This document shows, piece after piece, positions 58,625-64,000 of a stretch of 64,000 nucleotides of DNA. The notes under the pieces are model-generated. The model searched no databases. It saw only the letters and a list, made by a program, of their open reading frames with translations, and was not told the DNA's origin. A program made the position numbers and the translations under genes. The stretch is from Octopus vulgaris (Eukaryota), in assembly GCA_951406725.2 (NCBI GenBank), contig OX597818.1, positions 75,826,001 through 75,890,000 on the forward strand, read 5' to 3'. Each line of letters begins with the position of its first letter. The first letter of the stretch is position 1.

Positions 58625-58733
58625 ACATCTTAATGGGTAATAGTTGGCACGGGGAACATAGAAGATTTCAATACAAGGTCAAGTGGACTTAACTTCAACA
58701 TGGAAAACATGACCACTGCCAGGTCCAACAGCT

Positions 58734-58781
<48 letters not shown>

Positions 58782-59031
58782 TAGGCATACATGCGTATGC
58801 GTATATGTAAGCATACCTTGATTCAAATGAATCCTGCAATGAATTATATACACATACATACACACACACAAACGGACCTTCATATAGTTCCCATCTACCA
58901 AATTCACTCACAAGGCATTGGCTGGTCCAGGGCTATAGTTGAATATACTTACCTGACTGAACCTGGGACCATATGATTGTAAAGTGAGCATCTTAACCAC
59001 ACACTTATGCCTGTATATGTATATTTTTCAG

Positions 59032-59165
59032 AGCTGCCGATGGCCAGATGGTTGACGTGACACCTGAAGTAAAGAAAACTTTGGATGAGGAACTTAGCAA
59101 AGTAAGCCGAGTATATAATGCTGAAGGACAAGATATGACACAGTTCCCAAGTTTCACCTGGGCTG
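59032..59165 (+). CDS. ATP5PF: ATP synthase coupling factor 6: second coding exon
   Basis: Acceptor tttttcag|A is phase-compatible with the previous exon. Encodes (K)AADGQMVDVTPEVKKTLDEELSKVSRVYNAEGQDMTQFPSFTWA, matching the F6 C-terminal DMxxFPxF motif. Donor G|GTTAGT, phase 1. Confidence 0.93.
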
Positions 59166-59253
59166 GTTAGTATATATATATATTCTCATTTTTTTCTTTT
59201 TATATATTGATACAGTTAAACATGACTTTGCTGTTATTTTTGCCTTTCCCAGC

Positions 59254-61010
59254 TACTGTATTTGTCGGCATATTAACTGCACTTTTTTCTGATGGCAAAA
59301 TCCAGAAGTGGGGATGCAGTTTATACACGGGTACAAGGAAAAGTCAGTCATAACCCAAACATTATTTCTTATAATTTTCCTAGGTTCATGTGGTACAAGC
59401 TCCCCTTACAATTCTTGCCGTTAAAACTAGTAAAAAAAAAACTTTAATTATTCATATTTCAGTGTCATCATCCATTTTGTCTGTCATACGCTCTTATAAC
59501 ATTACGCGTTTCAAGCCAACAAGCGCCGGTGTTGTCTCAACCTTAGCCTTTGCTTTGATGGTTCCACTGCCATGTAGCAGAGGGATGTGTACTGGTAGAA
59601 AAGTAGTGAGAATTTCTGTAAAGACTTACCTTTTGTCCAACAAATGCACTATGGTTGACAGCTAATTGCAATTTCCTCTCACCTTCTGATTTACCGCAAA
59701 TTTCCTATGAGTTTGGTAATCCCCTGGCTATATGACTTATCTCACCACATATGAAACAAGTGAGAGGGAGAGTTGTGATTTATTTTTGAATATGATTGAT
59801 GAAATGTATTTACTAAGTAACAAGAAAATTAAAATGGAATATGAAAAATTATTTCATATAAGGGGAGATAAGTACATTTATTTTGAATCATCTTGAACCG
59901 GGAAAGGTAAGTTTCATCGCCATCACCAATGCTACAAAGGAACATTAATCAATCAAGTCAACTTGAATTTCATTACCGTACCTTAAAGTACTGGTAAGTG
60001 CATTAGTTTGTTTGTACATAAAGAATACAGTAATGATCAAAGGATGCTTTCAAGCTACATCCTATTGTTTGGACTGTAATTAGCTTTACTGACTTTTCAA
60101 GTTCCACAGGACTCATCTACTTCGCTCTTCAAGTTCAATAACAGTCAAGTCATCATGCCGAGACAAGCATTCATGGCTACCTTCAAACTCTCGGTTTCCA
60201 GGTTTGCTGAGGAGTTTGGAAACTGTGCAGTGGGCCATCACTTTGGGGTTGATGGATCTGTTGTCTGATGATGGGGCTCCAATGAGGCCACAATCGGGTC
60301 GATGCCCAAGAAGATGACGGCAACAAAGGGCAAGATGACACAGTAGCCAGAATTGGAGGAGAGGCTTCTCGGATGGGTGAAGGAGACAAGGATGGCGGGA
60401 TTTGCATTGTTGACACCTACCTTTCAAATTGAGGCCAAGAAGATCTCCAAAGACATCAGTGTCAGAGACTTCAACAGATCATGGGCTTTCTGGATTATGT
60501 GCTTGCATGATCTGTTCATCAGGCATCACACCCCACATTGCAGAGCGTCTGTCAGAAGATCTCAACGAGGAGACTGAGAGGTTCCAGCAGTTTATCATCA
60601 ACCTGCATAAACAGCATCAGTACCCTCTGAGTTGCAGCGGCAACACAGACCAGACTCCCTTCGTATTCAATCTGCCGAAGTGTTGCTGAGAAGGGGGAGA
60701 AGACAGTGGAAATTGTCACAACGGTCACAAGAAGGACTGTTTTACGGTGATGCTGGTTTGCATGGCTGATGGAGGAAAGCTTCCCACTGTATGTCGTCTA
60801 CAAGAGGAAGACACTATCCAAGGATGCCAAGTTTCTGGAAGGGATCATCGTTCCAGCCCAAGCGAAAGGTTGGATGGACAAAGTACTCATCAAGGACTGG
60901 TTTTGGGTAGTGTGTGGGTGCGCATCAATGGACTGTATCAGGGAAGGAATCTCTTGGTTCTGGACACATTCAGATGCCACACATCAGAAGAAACGAAGGT
61001 GAAGATCCTT
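59254..61010 (+). mobile_element. Degenerate pogo-family transposon (CENP-B HTH plus DDE), 3' truncated
   Basis: ELEERLLGWVKETR, GNTDQTP, FTVMLVCMADGGKL, KGWMD and LLVLDTFRCH in shifting frames at ~60150-61000. Pogo-like left end tactgtatttgtcggcatattaactgcac. Confidence 0.8.
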
Positions 61011-61750
61011 TCTTACCATTTCATCCCGTGTCTTCCTGGGTCTACCTCTTCCACAGGTTCTCTCCACAATTAGAGCTCAGCACTTTATGCAGCTGTTCTC
61101 ATCCATACACATCACATGACCAACCAGCACAGTCTTCTCTCTTGCACACGTCTGATGTCTCTAAAACCCAGTTTTCCTCTTAAATCATTTACACTCTGTT
61201 GTATGCACTCTATTGCCCATCCAGCATTTCTTTCAAGCCTTCACAAGTCCTCTATAGTCAAAACCCATTTTTCACTGCCATCTAACATAGCTGTACATAC
61301 AGACATCATACAACCTGCCTTTCACTCTGAGTATATTATGAATATTTTAAACCTGGCAGAACCCCTCCATCTGAATGTCTGAACACAGCTTATTTTCTCC
61401 TGAGATAAACTGTCAACTCTGGTACTTTATTAACTCTGAAAAGATAAAAGGCAAAGCATCTTAATATGATGCTCAAATGAGTCTACTAACCCACTGCCTG
61501 AATAAAAGAACGTGGTTGCCTATCTAGTGTTAGTAGCTCAACAAAATGCACCTAGTGTAAAGAAGTTGGTGATAGCAAGGGTAGCTAGTTGTAGAAGCCA
61601 AACTTCATCATGTTTTCAAGTAGAATATTTCCACTAGTCCTTCAAGCATGAACAACACAGTTCATAGTTATTAGTGATTACAAGCTACTACTTATGTTTG
61701 TATCATTCTGTCATTGTTATACAAGATATTGCCAGATACTGCATATTATT

Positions 61751-62117
61751 TTACTTGTTTCAGTCATTTGACTGTGGACATGCTTGAGCACTGCCTTTAG
61801 TCGAGCAAATCGACACCAAGACTTATTCTTTGTAAGCCTAGTACTTATTCTATTGGTCCCTTTTGCCGAACTGCTAAGTTATGGGGACATAAACACACCA
61901 GCATTGGTTGTCAAGTGATGTTGGGTGTGTGGACAAACGGACACACATACACACACAACAGACTTCTTTCAGTTTCCGTCTACCAAATCCATTCACAAGG
62001 CTTTGGTTGGTCTGAGACTATAGTAGAAGACACTTGCCCTAGGTGCCATACAGTGGGACTGAATCTGGAACCATGTGGTTGGTAAGCAAGCTACTTACCA
62101 CACAGCCACTCCTGCCT
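61751..62117 (-). mobile_element. Near-intact tRNA-derived SINE
   Basis: Reverse complement of 40421-40808 along its whole length. Confidence 0.9.
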
Positions 62118-63075
62118 ATCTTTGTTACTAATAATAGCAACTACAAATTACTACTTACGCCTATGTCTGTCTCTGTTATGTCCTATGAATTTTAGATTAT
62201 TCATTGATGACATACTAGTCAATTTTATGATTTTGTTAGCCTTATTTCAGTTGCTTACCTTAGAGACCAGCTTTAATCTGGATTTTGGGGTTTAGTGACT
62301 TAGTGGTTAGACTGCTAACTATTGGCTAAATGCTTAGTCTATAAACCGGATGTTGTATAATGGTTCTGTATAATGGCCACTAACTAATCTCTGTGTTCAA
62401 AGCCTAAACTTTGGTAAATGACTTTTTTCTCAATTTCTTTTTTAATAATACTTAAGCAGGAATATAAATTATATGTCTGAGAAATTGGCATTTGGAAATA
62501 AGTGTCCTTGTACCAACTATCTGTTTCCAAAATTCTTGCAGATATGAGTTTTGTTATTTTCTCTAAGTTCTGTGAATGCTGGAATATTGATTGATTAGGT
62601 TTTGATAAATATCAAAATAACTTTCAGGATATGAGAAATAAATTATATTGCTAGGTTCATTATTGAAAAGCTAATTTGATGTATTGGAAGTATTGTGCTG
62701 TTCTTACTCTGAAAGAAAGAAAGTTATTGGGTAAAATGGGGGTGGGGGGCAGTTGTGTAATTCTAGGTCATCTCTAATTCAGTGAATCTGATTTAGAAGC
62801 AGTAGAGCTGGGATTTTTTCCTCTTTTTTTTCTTCAGATATAGTGCATTTAAGATCCTGTTAACTATTTGGTTACCATATTTCCATTGAAAAACACTGCT
62901 TAGATTCAGTTAATTTTGAAAATAATGAATTTAGTAAAATAACTTTATCATTATAAAGTTGGTGTTTGGAATATAAATTAACATGGAATTTTGATGGGAG
63001 ACTTTAACCCTTTTGATCCCACCCTACCTGAGGCTACCTCTAGTTTTATGGTACAAGCTTCCTGTTTTAAAGTAA

Positions 63076-63397
63076 TCTCTATATATATAAACGGCAGTTT
63101 GTCTGTGCGTGTTTCTGTGTGTCTGTTTTCTCGTACCCTCACCCTGACCACGGCTTTCAACCGATTCTGATGAAACTTGACACACGCATAGCCCAATGTC
63201 ATAATTCAAAACTAACGCAGCGAAAATTTTGAAAAGTTCCCCCAGTTCTGAAAAAAATCGATAAATTCGACATGGGGTCGAGAATAAAAAAAAACAAACC
63301 ACAGACTGTCTAGGGGACGCAACTCAACCTTTTTTTACTCTCAAAAAAATTTACCATCATTTTTTTTCCATTTTTTTGCTATTTTTTGGCTATAACT
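63076..63397 (+). mobile_element. 3'-truncated mosaic Helitron flanked by a 41 bp direct repeat
   Basis: 5' end matches the 8918 family and the distal part matches the 22832/29928 family. Host sequence 63038-63078 recurs at 63398-63438. Confidence 0.85.
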
Positions 63398-64000
63398 CTC
63401 TAGTTTTATGGTACAAGCTTCCTGTTTTAAAGTAATCTAAATTAAAATTTCATGATAACTTATGTTCAAAACAACTTTAATAATGACAGGGTTATATTAA
63501 TGAATACTTCATTATTTTCAAAATTGATTGAAGCAAAGGTGGTAGTGTTTTTTTTTCTATGCTTCAGTCATTAGACCACAGCAATGCTGGGGCACCACCT
63601 TGAAGTTTTTAGTCAAATGATTGACCTCAGCCTGGTACTTACTCTATCAGTCTCTTTCCAAACCTCTGTTATGGGGATGTAAATACATCACCAGTTGTTA
63701 AATGTTGGTGGGAGACAGACACTCACACACACATAAACATATATATATACTCCGAGAAAGTTAGAGGTTGTGAATCCAACCCACTAAGGGATAATATCTA
63801 TCCAATATACTGCTGGTAGAATACCCAGTTATTAATACACAAGTATTTTGTGAAGGTAAAGAGATATTTTACCATTAATTTATATAGCAATAAGAAAATG
63901 GAGGGGATCAATAGATGGTTCATCAACTTTTAGACATTATATTATGTTAACTTATTTATTTACTAAACTGGTAATTACAATAATATACATACATGTATAA

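Noticed and set aside
62190-62862. Possible final ATP5PF exon after acceptors near 62195, 62263 or 62838
   Set aside because: The resulting peptides (DYSLMTY, ETSFNLDFGV, DIVHLRSC) do not clearly resemble an F6 C-terminus. The exon may lie beyond the window.

Overview
AT-rich animal genomic DNA dominated by transposons and microsatellites. The SINE, LINE, Helitron and Penelope families look like those of a coleoid cephalopod, probably Octopus (inferred from repeat style, no database search). One host gene is clear: mitochondrial ATP synthase coupling factor 6 (ATP5PF/ATP5J) on +, with coding exons at 48928-49094 and 59032-59165 and a likely untranslated first exon ending at 44338; its last exon was not identified. 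It appears to share a CpG-rich, ETS-motif-rich promoter (~43.7-44.25 kb) with a divergent unidentified gene whose first coding micro-exon reads MSNLK. The rest is nested mobile DNA: mariner, pogo/Tigger, non-autonomous Helitrons, CR1/L2-group and RTE LINEs, tRNA-derived SINEs, a ~7 kb inverted duplication and multi-kb (TA)n arrays that produce most of the spurious ORFs. The most interesting signal is a set of minimal type I hammerhead-ribozyme (HHR) folds from four unrelated repeat families, each with a different core (canonical, G3:C8 swap, U4C, A6U). One family lies downstream of a Penelope GIY-YIG ORF that a Helitron has split.
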